In this document: one piece after another, positions 9,992 to 19,550 of the stretch | Position numbering within the stretch: the first letter of the stretch is position 1 | Layout of the letters: each line of letters begins with the position of its first letter | Virus record (IMG/VR): IMGVR_UViG_3300045999_010033 | Location: 124,001 to 188,000 of that record | Length of the DNA: 64,000 bases | Direction: 5' to 3' (one strand) | Position numbers and translations under genes: made by a program | The notes under the pieces: model-generated | Seen by the model: only the letters and a program-made list of their open reading frames with translations | What the model was told of the DNA's origin: nothing | The model's database searches: none

Positions 9992-12250
9992 TTATCCACT
10001 AAAACTTGCACCAGTCGGTAGAATGTTGAAGTCGATTTGAATAAATTCAGCCGTTTTAGTTGGTTGTAGATAGATAGACCCTTTAAGTATATTTCTATCA
10101 ATTACATCCGGTGTGTTATTACTCTCATCCATTACAACTCTGAACGCGTAAAGTCCTTGTCTTTGCTGGATGCCATCAAGGTATGGAGTAACTATATTGA
10201 TAAAGCGGTTTCTTGTTGTAGAAGTATTTTGTTCGAACACCAAATATCTTGAAGTCGAAGCGATATACTTTCTAACAGTCAACAACAATCTTCTAACGTT
10301 AATCCTATCAAGTGCGGATGGTTTATCTTGTAGTGTTTTCTGTCCGAATACTACGATACCTTGTCCAGGAAACTGAACGATTGGGTTTACCTTACCTTCG
10401 TATAGAGTATCTTTTTCAGATTGAGTAAGTCTATTAAGAACCGCAACTGCTCCTACAAGCCCTCCTCTGTTCAAACCAGCGGGCGCGAACCATTCAGCGG
10501 CAACTCTATCGTTTGCTGCGAATACACCTGGTAGAAGTACAGATGGTGGGATGGTTATTAATTTATTTGTATTTACATCTACGGTTTTAATCCAAGGATA
10601 GTAAGATGCCGCGTAGTTAGTATCAACTGCAGATGCATCATTGATTGCTTGTTGAACGGTATCGGTTGGACCTACACCATCATATATGTAGAAGCAATCA
10701 CTTCTTTGTTCAACCATATCAAGTACATCGGTTACAACGTTGGTGTGAAGTCTTCTCACAACACCCGGAGTAACTACCATATTGATATCGAAAAGGTCGC
10801 TTGAAAGGGCCGCTACAACTTTACCATACGCCACCGAGCCACTTGAAGTTGAAGTAGTTAGATCAAATCCTTGTGAGTTTCCAGCTGTCATATCCGAACC
10901 CTTATAGATTGGAGTATATGGAGCCATTCCATCAAATCCTTCTTGGAACGCTACAAGGAATTGTCTTTTTGCCAAATCAACTCCTGAAGATCCGGTTAGT
11001 GGGAGTCCACAAGTTGTATCCAACGAGAATACTGAATTTGAACCCGTCGTAGCTCCGGTTGGAATTGGTCTTAAATATGCTTTATTGGCTTCTTTTACTA
11101 AATTGGTATCCAAATCAATACCACTAAAGAATTTGGAATCGGCTACAGAACCAGTCGTTAGGGTAACTGCCGGAATCAATACTACATCGGCAGTTGAACC
11201 ACTAATGTATGATTTATATGCCGCGTGTGCGTAAGGTACTGCTTGAATTGGAATAAGATCTGCAGATTTAACACTTACTCTTACATATTTTGAATTATTA
11301 ACCCAATCACCTGCTTCGGTTACTTTTCCAAGATTATCAATTGTGATTTTTCTATCACCAATTACTCTTGCGATGTAGTTTGGTGAGTTAGGGTCAAGTG
11401 TTATATTTGCGTAAGTTTCTAATACTACTTTTTTATTATCAGTATCATCGAATCTTCTAACCAAAACTGTAAATGTACCATAATCCGAACCTGCCACCGA
11501 GCCTGCCGGCTTTACATTTGAAATGCCTATTTTTACTTTTGTATTTGCTGCATTTCCTGCTCCGATTGTTTCAAAACGGAAAAGGTCATATCTTTGTCCA
11601 CTTATATCTTGTGATTGAATCCAAGGAGTAAGTGCTTCTTGCGCATCGAATGTGAAGGATTGATCACCTAATTGTACTTTCGATATTGTAGAATCGTTAA
11701 CATCAAATGGTGCACTTTTAACAAACGAAACAACATATCCACCCTTACTACCGAGTGCGGAAGTTCCGAATATAGCCTCTATATTATTAGAATTTTCATA
11801 AACAAGTGAACCTGTGCCATTAAATCCTAATGCACTACCACTAATAATGAAAGAACCACTAATATCATCAGTTATAGTAGTGTCTGAAAGACCACCGGTT
11901 GCGTTTGAAGTTGAAAACAACACCGCAAGTGATGCTGATACTGAACCCGATATTGCTTTGATAAGGATTGGATTTTGTGCGGTATATCCACCAACACCCG
12001 CCACACGACAAATTGTTGCAGTTCCTGCTTCTCTTAAATAATTTTGAACCGCAAGACCGGTATAATATGTATCATCAACAACACCATAATACTCTTCAAA
12101 TTCTGCTTGAGAGTTTACGATGGTTGGAACAAGAGGACCTTCTTTGAATGGTCCAATAAATGCCGCACCTATTTCGGCTACACCTTGTTGTAAAAACGAA
12201 AGGTCGTTTTCTCTAGTAAAAACGCCAGGTGATACAAGTTTTTCTGCCAT
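9992..12250 (-). CDS. gp18: tail sheath protein (T4 gp18-like)
   Basis: 752 aa; N-terminal SPGVFTRENDLS, C-terminal WFAPAGLNRG, YEGKVNPI, FGQKTLQ, LDRINVRRLL, PTKTAEFI. Confidence 0.95.
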   Translation of the reverse strand: MAEKLVSPGVFTRENDLSFLQQGVAEIGAAFIGPFKEGPLVPTIVNSQAEFEEYYGVVDDTYYTGLAVQNYLREAGTATICRVAGVGGYTAQNPILIKAISGSVSASLAVLFSTSNATGGLSDTTITDDISGSFIISGSALGFNGTGSLVYENSNNIEAIFGTSALGSKGGYVVSFVKSAPFDVNDSTISKVQLGDQSFTFDAQEALTPWIQSQDISGQRYDLFRFETIGAGNAANTKVKIGISNVKPAGSVAGSDYGTFTVLVRRFDDTDNKKVVLETYANITLDPNSPNYIARVIGDRKITIDNLGKVTEAGDWVNNSKYVRVSVKSADLIPIQAVPYAHAAYKSYISGSTADVVLIPAVTLTTGSVADSKFFSGIDLDTNLVKEANKAYLRPIPTGATTGSNSVFSLDTTCGLPLTGSSGVDLAKRQFLVAFQEGFDGMAPYTPIYKGSDMTAGNSQGFDLTTSTSSGSVAYGKVVAALSSDLFDINMVVTPGVVRRLHTNVVTDVLDMVEQRSDCFYIYDGVGPTDTVQQAINDASAVDTNYAASYYPWIKTVDVNTNKLITIPPSVLLPGVFAANDRVAAEWFAPAGLNRGGLVGAVAVLNRLTQSEKDTLYEGKVNPIVQFPGQGIVVFGQKTLQDKPSALDRINVRRLLLTVRKYIASTSRYLVFEQNTSTTRNRFINIVTPYLDGIQQRQGLYAFRVVMDESNNTPDVIDRNILKGSIYLQPTKTAEFIQIDFNILPTGASFSG

Positions 12251-12284
12251 TTTATGTTTAATTTAATTGTTTTTGATTTCTTTG

Positions 12285-12292
12285 TATAAATA
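12285..12292 (-). promoter_or_regulatory. TATTTATA putative late promoter (sheath)
   Basis: Exact intergenic motif. Confidence 0.6.
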
Positions 12293-12330
12293 TGATTTTT
12301 TAATTCAAAACGAAAAAATAAATAAAGTAA

Positions 12331-12657
12331 TCAACAAGAGAAACTTGTATCAACTGATAAATATACGATATCATTATCCGACACCATTGTGTATGTATAA
12401 GAACATCCATATCCAGTAGATGGGCAAGTATCAGTTGCTCCTGCAATGTAAAAAAGTGAAGTATCTGTAAATTGTATTTGATCTCCTATTTCTAAATTTT
12501 GAATTGTAAAATAATAATCACACGACGTAGTGTTAACTGGTGTATTTAGACCCGATGGCACTGAATTAATACTATATGTAATTTCTGCAGGAGATGTCAC
12601 ATACTTTATATAAACTGTAAGTTTCGGAACTTTTCTTATCCAAACATTATATGCCAT
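12331..12657 (-). CDS. hypothetical virion protein (108 aa, beta-rich, 4 Cys)
   Basis: ORF fills the gap between fibre accessory and sheath genes; Thr/Tyr/Ser-rich. Confidence 0.7.
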   Translation of the reverse strand: MAYNVWIRKVPKLTVYIKYVTSPAEITYSINSVPSGLNTPVNTTSCDYYFTIQNLEIGDQIQFTDTSLFYIAGATDTCPSTGYGCSYTYTMVSDNDIVYLSVDTSFSC

Positions 12658-12668
12658 ATATTATTTTA

Positions 12669-13235
12669 TTATAAACATCCTGTTACGTAAACTACATATA
12701 AATATTGTCCAACATTAGAATCATAAGTATAATCGTATTGATATGTTGCATTTAAGCTGGTTATTCCAACACTAGATGTTACTAATGTAGAAATAGACGC
12801 GGTATATTGACTTCCATCGTTTTTCCACGGTTTACCATAGTATACTTCTAAATCTCCGGCAGTAGCAACACTACCTGATATATTAATATCAATTAAACCA
12901 TTTTCAGTTCCTAAATCAATAATTACCATTGTTTTTGAATAGCAGTAATCCGATATGTGATATAAAGATGCAGTATTTTGAGATAATGTGTAAGCGCTAT
13001 GGTCATAATCGTACCAATAAGACATTGAGTAATTGAGGCTGTTTGGAGAATTAAATTTTCCTTCGGGAAGTGATATTCCTCCTACGTTTATTGGTGCGTA
13101 TATGTTTGTAGCAGATAACGCCCAATTATTAAGTGCCAACAAAGAACCTTGCAACTCATAATTATTAACTAAACTTTGAGATGTTTCGGTTCTCACCATA
13201 CTCATAGAAATAGGACCACTAGACGGTAAAGCCAT
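12669..13235 (-). CDS. putative fibre-tip accessory protein (188 aa)
   Basis: N-terminus MALPSSGPISMSMVRTE resembles small proteins that follow S74-chaperone fibres; overlaps the fibre gene end by 17 nt. Confidence 0.6.
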   Translation of the reverse strand: MALPSSGPISMSMVRTETSQSLVNNYELQGSLLALNNWALSATNIYAPINVGGISLPEGKFNSPNSLNYSMSYWYDYDHSAYTLSQNTASLYHISDYCYSKTMVIIDLGTENGLIDINISGSVATAGDLEVYYGKPWKNDGSQYTASISTLVTSSVGITSLNATYQYDYTYDSNVGQYLYVVYVTGCL

Positions 13236-16200
13236 AATTTCTTAATTTTCTTTTTAAATCATGTATTTGAATCTGCTGCTCCTTAACTGCCTCAATCAAT
13301 AAAGGTATAATCTTTTCGTAACGCACTGAAAGATAACCGGTATCATTCTGTCTTATAGCTTCAGGTAATACCGATTGTATTTCTTGAGCAATCACACCAA
13401 CATCTACGCCATCGTATCCATGTATGGTTTTATATTCCGGCTTCCAATTAAATCGCACACCTGATAATGTATTTACTTTATCTAATGCGTTTTCAATCGG
13501 ACTTATTATATCTTTTAATCTTTCATCCGATGTAGAATATGCTACAATATCGTTACTTGCATCTATTCTACCATCAGTATCACTCGGACTTATATTTCCT
13601 CCAACTGCAAGAGAACCTGCTGTTATTTTAACATCTCCAGTAACAACATTTATTGCATCTCCGTTTGATGTACCAGTCACACTTAATGTGTTTCCATTGA
13701 ATGTCAAATTAGATTCAACTGTAGCGTTTGGTGCACTTCCATTTAATGTTATAACTCCATTATCAGTTGTGCCAGTTAGTGTTAAAGAGCCATTTGCCCC
13801 ACTACTTCCACTACTTCCACTACTACCGCTGCTTCCATTTTGTCCGCTCGTTCCGCTGCTGCCGCGCGTGCCACTAGTACCACTGCTTCCGGCGGTTCCG
13901 CTAGTCCCGCTACTACCTGCTGAACCGCTACTTCCTGCAGTTCCGCTGCTACCACTACTACCTGCAGTTCCGCTGCTTCCTGCAGATCCACTACTGCCAC
14001 TGCTGCCGGTTGAACCGCTACTTCCTGCAGTTCCGCTGCTTCCGCCGGTTCCACTTGTCCCGCTGCTACCGCGCGTACCGCTCGTGCCGCTACTGCCACT
14101 GCTACCCGTTGAACCGCTACTGCCACTACTTCCTGCAGTTCCACTACTACCGGTTGAACCGCTACTTCCGCTACTTCCATTTTGTCCACTGGTCCCGCTG
14201 CTTCCTGCTGTCCCGCTACTTCCGCTGCTACCGCGCGTTCCACTAGTTCCGCTGCTTCCGCTGCTTCCATTTTGTCCGCTGGTCCCGCTGCTTCCTGCAG
14301 TTCCGCTGCTGCCACTACTACCAGTTGAACCACTACTTCCGCTACTTCCGCTGCTTCCATTTTGTCCACTGGTCCCGCTGCTTCCTGCAGTTCCGCTGCT
14401 GCCACTGCTTCCTGCTGTCCCGCTACTTCCGCTGCTTCCGCGCGTTCCACTAGTTCCGCTGCTTCCTGCGGTTCCGCTACTACCACTACTACCGTTTTGT
14501 CCACTGGTCCCACTACTTCCGCTGCTTCCACTACTACCGCTGCTTCCATTTTGTCCGCTCGTTCCACTACTTCCTGCAGTTCCGCTGGTCCCGCTACTTC
14601 CTGCAGTTCCGCTGGTCCCGCTACTTCCTGCAGTTCCGCTGCTGCCGGTTGAACCACTACTTCCACTGCTACCTGCTGTCCCGCTGCTACCACTGCTGCC
14701 GGTTGAACCACTACTTCCGCTGCTGCCACTGCTTCCGGCAGTTCCGCTACTACCACTACTTCCGGCAGTTCCGGATGCACCTCTACGACCCGATATATTT
14801 ATATCCCAATTACTACGATTAGTAGTTACAGTATTAAATGTTATATTTAAAATTAATGTTGTTCCTGAGTAGGAAGTTATATTACCTTCCATGTATTCGT
14901 TAGCATCTAAACCATACGCTACAATTAAAGTTTGTCCATTAGTATATGATAATTCGGCAGATGCTACCGTAAAAGTTTTTGAACCGGTTCCAGTTCCGTG
15001 AGTAGTGGTCGATGTTGTTGCATATCTACCTCCTGAAATTCCTGATGATCCACTACTTCCACTACTTCCACTTGTTCCTGCACTACCGCTGCTTCCACTG
15101 CTTCCGCTACTTCCACTACTTCCTGCAGTTCCGCTCGTTCCGCTACTTCCATTTTGGCCGCTCGTTCCACTACTTCCGCTACTTCCTGCAGATCCACTAC
15201 TGCCGCTGCTACCAGTTGAACCGCTACTACCTGCCGAGCCAGACGTACCACTACTTCCACTACTTCCGGTTGACCCGCTGCTACCGCTCGTTCCACTACT
15301 GCCATTTTGTCCGCTCGTTCCACTGCTTCCGCTACTTCCATTTTGTCCACTCGTTCCACTGGTCCCGCTACTTCCGCTACTTCCGCTGCTTCCACTGCTA
15401 CCTGTCGTTCCGCTGCTTCCTGCGGTTCCGCTGCTTCCACTTATTCCGGCGGTGCCGCTACTTCCACTACTTCCACTGCTTCCATTTTGTCCACTCGTAC
15501 CACTGCTTCCGCTACTTCCACTACTTCCGGTCGTTCCGCTACTTCCTGCAGTTCCGCTACTTCCGCTTATTCCTGCAGTACCGCTGCTTCCGCTGCTTCC
15601 TGCGGTTCCGCTACTTCCGCTGCTTCCATTTTGTCCACTCGTGCCACTACTACCATTTTGTCCGCTGCTTCCGCTGCTTCCACTGGTCCCCGAAGAGCCC
15701 GCAGGACCCGTAGCTCCTCCTAAGTTTACATCCCAACCATCTACGGTGGCGGTACCACTTATAGAATCTACATTTATTGTTAATAAGTTTGCGGCATAGG
15801 TAATGACCGTACCTTCTATTTTGTTTCCCGGATTACCAATGTCTGCTATTAATACCGGTTGTCCGGTTGTATATGAAAGGCCCGGAGTATTAAGGGTAAA
15901 TGAAATATCATCATTTACATTTATTGCCGAAAGTGTAAATTCTGTGTATGATGTTGTTGAGTATTTATCACCACCACTTTGTCCACTAGTACCACTCGAT
16001 CCAGATGATCCTGCTGTCCCACTTTCTCCGCTTGTTCCGCTACTTCCACCCGCACCGCCAATACCCGAAGTTCCATAATAAAGTCTATTATCGGTATCTA
16101 TTACTATTGTTCGGGTAGCACTATTATTTTCAGTTATAGTTGGTAAATAAAACGCACCACTTATAATTATTTCATCGGTATTTGCAATAAATAGGTCACT

Positions 16201-17403
16201 TCTTGCTCCATCATTTGTACCGTCACCTATTATGAAAAGTCCAGTTGTGTTATTTTTTCTATTATATTTTCCTACTACAGTTTGATATGAACCGGATGCA
16301 ATTGTTCCAATGCCTTCTGCGTGAGATGCTTCACCAAGTGCAACCGTGTTTGAACCTTCGGCGTGGGAATATAATCCTCTTGCTTCGGTGTAGTATCCCT
16401 CCGCGTGTGATGCAGTTTGATATGTTTGTGTAGAATATCCTTCCGCATGAGATGCCACTCCGGTTGCGGTAGTTGAACGTCCTTGTGCTACGGAATATAT
16501 CGCAGTTGCATTTGATTGATATCCCATTGCTACTGATGCAGTTCCTGATGCAGTTGTACCTATACCTTGTTCAATTGATGCACTTACTTTTAATTTATTT
16601 TCATTAAATGTTAAGTTTATAGATGCTGTCGCAGCTAATGGATTTGTTCCATCTGCTACCAATACTCTATTAGTGTTTGGTGTATGTATTCCTGTGAAAG
16701 AAACCCCACTACTGCCACTACTACCTGCGGTTCCGCTACTTCCTGCAGTCCCACTGCTACCACTGCTACCCGCGGTTCCGCTACTACCACTGCTTCCGGC
16801 CGAACCACTACTTCCACTACTTCCTGCAGTTCCTGCTACTCCACTACTTCCGCTGCTACCACTTGAGCCGGTATTTCCGCTGGTCCCGCTCGTGCCGCTA
16901 CTTCCGCGCGTTCCGGACGTACCGCTACTTCCACTTGTACTGCTGGTTCCGCTGCTGCCACTACTGCCATCTTTTCCACTACTTCCGCTACTTCCTGCCG
17001 AACCGCTACTTCCACTAACACCACTACTTCCTGCCGAACCGCTACTACCATTTGTCCCACTATTTCCAGATGACCCGCTACTACCGGCCGAACCGCTACT
17101 ACCTGCAGTTCCGGATGTGCCGTTTACTGCAGAAACTGTTGTATATTGTAATAATCCGGTTGTTGTATCTACAACGACGTATGTTGCTATTGAATTGTTA
17201 ATTGTAACTCCGGTTGCATACAACTGAGTTCCTTTCACATTTCCAGTAATTAGAACATTACCGGTTGTTTGTACGTTTAATGGTAATAAAGAAATGGTTG
17301 AACTGCCATCATTTATTTTTAGTACACTACCATCTAAGTAAAATTCACCGTGCGATAGAGATGGTGTTGATCCACCACGTCTAATTTGAAAAATAGATGC
17401 CAT
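13219..17403 (-). CDS. tail fibre (1394 aa) with Gly-Ser/Thr triplet blocks, YadA/Hep_Hag-like head repeats and C-terminal peptidase S74 intramolecular chaperone
   Basis: N-terminal IFQIRRG anchor motif; 14-aa repeats xSHAEGxxT (~16290-16580); YSTSDERLKDIISPIENALDKV...VGVIAQEI...VRYEKIIPLLIEAVKE is S74-type. Confidence 0.85.
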   Translation of the reverse strand: MASIFQIRRGGSTPSLSHGEFYLDGSVLKINDGSSTISLLPLNVQTTGNVLITGNVKGTQLYATGVTINNSIATYVVVDTTTGLLQYTTVSAVNGTSGTAGSSGSAGSSGSSGNSGTNGSSGSAGSSGVSGSSGSAGSSGSSGKDGSSGSSGTSSTSGSSGTSGTRGSSGTSGTSGNTGSSGSSGSSGVAGTAGSSGSSGSAGSSGSSGTAGSSGSSGTAGSSGTAGSSGSSGVSFTGIHTPNTNRVLVADGTNPLAATASINLTFNENKLKVSASIEQGIGTTASGTASVAMGYQSNATAIYSVAQGRSTTATGVASHAEGYSTQTYQTASHAEGYYTEARGLYSHAEGSNTVALGEASHAEGIGTIASGSYQTVVGKYNRKNNTTGLFIIGDGTNDGARSDLFIANTDEIIISGAFYLPTITENNSATRTIVIDTDNRLYYGTSGIGGAGGSSGTSGESGTAGSSGSSGTSGQSGGDKYSTTSYTEFTLSAINVNDDISFTLNTPGLSYTTGQPVLIADIGNPGNKIEGTVITYAANLLTINVDSISGTATVDGWDVNLGGATGPAGSSGTSGSSGSSGQNGSSGTSGQNGSSGSSGTAGSSGSSGTAGISGSSGTAGSSGTTGSSGSSGSSGTSGQNGSSGSSGSSGTAGISGSSGTAGSSGTTGSSGSSGSSGSSGTSGTSGQNGSSGSSGTSGQNGSSGTSGSSGSTGSSGSSGTSGSAGSSGSTGSSGSSGSAGSSGSSGTSGQNGSSGTSGTAGSSGSSGSSGSSGSAGTSGSSGSSGSSGISGGRYATTSTTTHGTGTGSKTFTVASAELSYTNGQTLIVAYGLDANEYMEGNITSYSGTTLILNITFNTVTTNRSNWDINISGRRGASGTAGSSGSSGTAGSSGSSGSSGSTGSSGSSGTAGSSGSSGSTGSSGTAGSSGTSGTAGSSGTSGTAGSSGTSGQNGSSGSSGSSGSSGTSGQNGSSGSSGTAGSSGTSGTRGSSGSSGTAGSSGSSGTAGSSGTSGQNGSSGSSGSSGSTGSSGSSGTAGSSGTSGQNGSSGSSGTSGTRGSSGSSGTAGSSGTSGQNGSSGSSGSTGSSGTAGSSGSSGSTGSSGSSGTSGTRGSSGTSGTGGSSGTAGSSGSTGSSGSSGSAGSSGTAGSSGSSGTAGSSGSAGSSGTSGTAGSSGTSGTRGSSGTSGQNGSSGSSGSSGSSGANGSLTLTGTTDNGVITLNGSAPNATVESNLTFNGNTLSVTGTSNGDAINVVTGDVKITAGSLAVGGNISPSDTDGRIDASNDIVAYSTSDERLKDIISPIENALDKVNTLSGVRFNWKPEYKTIHGYDGVDVGVIAQEIQSVLPEAIRQNDTGYLSVRYEKIIPLLIEAVKEQQIQIHDLKRKLRNYGFTV
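13790..14790 (-). repeat. (Gly-X-Y)n block, X/Y = Ser/Thr/Ala, with GQN and GTR units
   Basis: GC-rich imperfect 9-nt tandem repeats; translation GTAGSSGSSGSTGSS...; boundaries approximate. Confidence 0.95.
15030..15718 (-). repeat. (Gly-X-Y)n Ser/Thr block
   Basis: Imperfect 9-nt tandem repeats, GSSGTSGQNGSS units; boundaries approximate. Confidence 0.95.
16705..17121 (-). repeat. (Gly-X-Y)n Ser/Thr block
   Basis: GTSGTAGSSGSAGSS...GSSGVS; 9-nt periodicity. Confidence 0.95.
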
Positions 17404-17443
17404 TTATAGTTAGGTTTTCTATAAATATTACCTAACTCATAAA
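17403..17443 (-). promoter_or_regulatory. hairpin enclosing a TATTTATA motif whose 3' arm covers the fibre translation start region
   Basis: Arms AGTTAGGT (17408-17415) and ACCTAACT (17430-17437), extended by 5 bp past a bulge to the start codon; motif at 17420-17427 lies in the loop. Confidence 0.6.
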
Positions 17444-17459
17444 GATGTCATAAATATTA

Positions 17460-19550
17460 TCAAATGTGCGATTTAAGAGAATCAATCACAATTTTTGCTG
17501 TAATTGATTTAGTGCATTCAAATTGTCGGTCAGTTCCTTTATGAATAGGACACCAATTCCAATCTCCCGCATCTAATCGGTGTGTGTTGAAACAATTTGA
17601 ACACTTATCTTGCGGTGCGGTTATTCTTATTGTGTTTGATTTAGTTTCTGTATAGTCTGCACTAAATCCTGATATTATACACATTCTGGTCCCCACTGCC
17701 CAACTTAACCAACTAAGTCCGCTACTTATTCCTATGAATAATTTTGATTTTTGCAATATTTCTATTACGTTATCAAATGAACTTTCTTCTAATTTTTCTA
17801 TACCGGGCGGATGCCAATTGCCCATGTATCCATTACCTTCTTTTGATAGTAAAACTACACGATATCCTGCCGATTTAAGGTAATCTACAACTTCTTGCCA
17901 ACCCGTTGGATTATTCCAATATTTGGCTTGAGCAGTTGAATGTATTGCTATTGAAACTATATTTTCTTTTTCTATATTTGGTTTTAATTTTATATTTGGT
18001 TTAATTTCTTTAAAATCGAGGCCAAGTATATCAGATGCAGTTTTTTGCAATTCTTGTGGTTTAAAATCTAATGGATTTTTATTATAATCAACATTTCCCT
18101 CTGCATTATAGTACCAACCAATTGTGTACATTGCATACAAATCGTTTACAACATCACCAGGATTTACAAATTCTATCTCAGGGTAGTTTTCCTTAAACAG
18201 ATTATTATGAAAAGTTGAACATATTACATTACAATCGTGCTTCTTTCTAAATTCATCTACATATGGAAACCATGCTAACGTATCTCCTATGGATTTAGAA
18301 TCTAACGCAATATAAACACGCTTACCTTTTAGTGATATTTCATATTTGTATCTCGTTTCACCATCATCTGCTATTACCATCCAATCTACATAATGAGATT
18401 TATTTGTTTTAATCCAACAATTACGGCCTATGATGCCTGAATGTTCTATTCTTCCAGTTTTTTTATCAATAAATTGTACGTTATATCTTTTATCCGGTCC
18501 ACCTTTTATTTCAAAAAACGCACTTTGTATAAAATTAATATTAAAAGATGGTCTTTCTTTTAAAGATGGTTTTGGATTTATTTTTGTAAGATTATAATTT
18601 TTTATTAAAATTTCTCGCATAGAATCTGAATTAATATAATATTTTATTAATTTTTTTGTTATGTTTTTCCAAGATAGTTCATTTGCCTGCGATAACGCAT
18701 CCGATTTATACTCTACGTATGTAAAATTATGCATTAAATATTCAATTGCTTGCACAATTAAATCTACATCACGTTCAACATACACCATACCCTTTATTGA
18801 GTTATCGGATTCAAATGTACCAATTACGGGTAATCCGCATGCCATTGCTTCCAATAGTGTAAGGTTTGGATGCCCTGCTTCTAATACCGATGGATGTAAG
18901 AATATAGTATGTTGCTTATATAAATCTCTCAACTCTTCTTCCGAAACGTCATATAATATTGTTAATTTATCATAATCACTTGGGTACTTTTGGAAATAAT
19001 TTTTGTTGTTTGATGGCCCTGCAATGGTTATTGGTAATCCCATTCGTTTTGCCGCTTCTATTGCAAATCCAAACCCTTTACGGTCTTCGGTTTGGTCAAA
19101 AGCAAACCCATTGTTGGCTACACAAAGTAATCGGTGTTCCGTTGTTTCACCCGGAGTAAACCAATCAGTATTAACACCATGTGAAAGGTATTCAGGTATT
19201 CCATCAAAGTATTCAATAAGGTATTTTGCAGGAACAAATGCACGTTTGGCATTACGAATAGCTTTTAGATTTTCCTTATACAATTCCGAATCCTTACCAT
19301 ATAAAAATGTATGGTGGTCATGTAATGTAAAGTAGTATGGGATACCACGTTCATACGCCATATTGGCCAAGTTTGCTACATGGATATGAACGATATCTTC
19401 ACTACCATCTATATCATCTAAATATTTTATTTGGGAATCGTATCCTAAATCCAATAGGTTATTATGAATTTCCCAAATTATTTTTTCAACAGCTCCCCAT
19501 CCATTTGGAGGTATTGGCAGTAACCCCGGAGTGACATTAACTATTTTCAT
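17460..19550 (-). CDS. bifunctional glycosyltransferase: N-terminal GT4 (GT-B) domain plus C-terminal Aah/TibC-like (autotransporter O-heptosyltransferase family) domain
   Basis: GT4: IPPNGWGAVEKII, EAGHPNLTLLEAMACGLP. C-terminal: KRVYIALDSKSIGDTLAWFPYV, FIGISSGLSWLSWA and the 4-Cys motif CSNCFN...WNWCPIHKGTDRQFECTKSIT. Confidence 0.8.
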   Translation of the reverse strand: MKIVNVTPGLLPIPPNGWGAVEKIIWEIHNNLLDLGYDSQIKYLDDIDGSEDIVHIHVANLANMAYERGIPYYFTLHDHHTFLYGKDSELYKENLKAIRNAKRAFVPAKYLIEYFDGIPEYLSHGVNTDWFTPGETTEHRLLCVANNGFAFDQTEDRKGFGFAIEAAKRMGLPITIAGPSNNKNYFQKYPSDYDKLTILYDVSEEELRDLYKQHTIFLHPSVLEAGHPNLTLLEAMACGLPVIGTFESDNSIKGMVYVERDVDLIVQAIEYLMHNFTYVEYKSDALSQANELSWKNITKKLIKYYINSDSMREILIKNYNLTKINPKPSLKERPSFNINFIQSAFFEIKGGPDKRYNVQFIDKKTGRIEHSGIIGRNCWIKTNKSHYVDWMVIADDGETRYKYEISLKGKRVYIALDSKSIGDTLAWFPYVDEFRKKHDCNVICSTFHNNLFKENYPEIEFVNPGDVVNDLYAMYTIGWYYNAEGNVDYNKNPLDFKPQELQKTASDILGLDFKEIKPNIKLKPNIEKENIVSIAIHSTAQAKYWNNPTGWQEVVDYLKSAGYRVVLLSKEGNGYMGNWHPPGIEKLEESSFDNVIEILQKSKLFIGISSGLSWLSWAVGTRMCIISGFSADYTETKSNTIRITAPQDKCSNCFNTHRLDAGDWNWCPIHKGTDRQFECTKSITAKIVIDSLKSHI

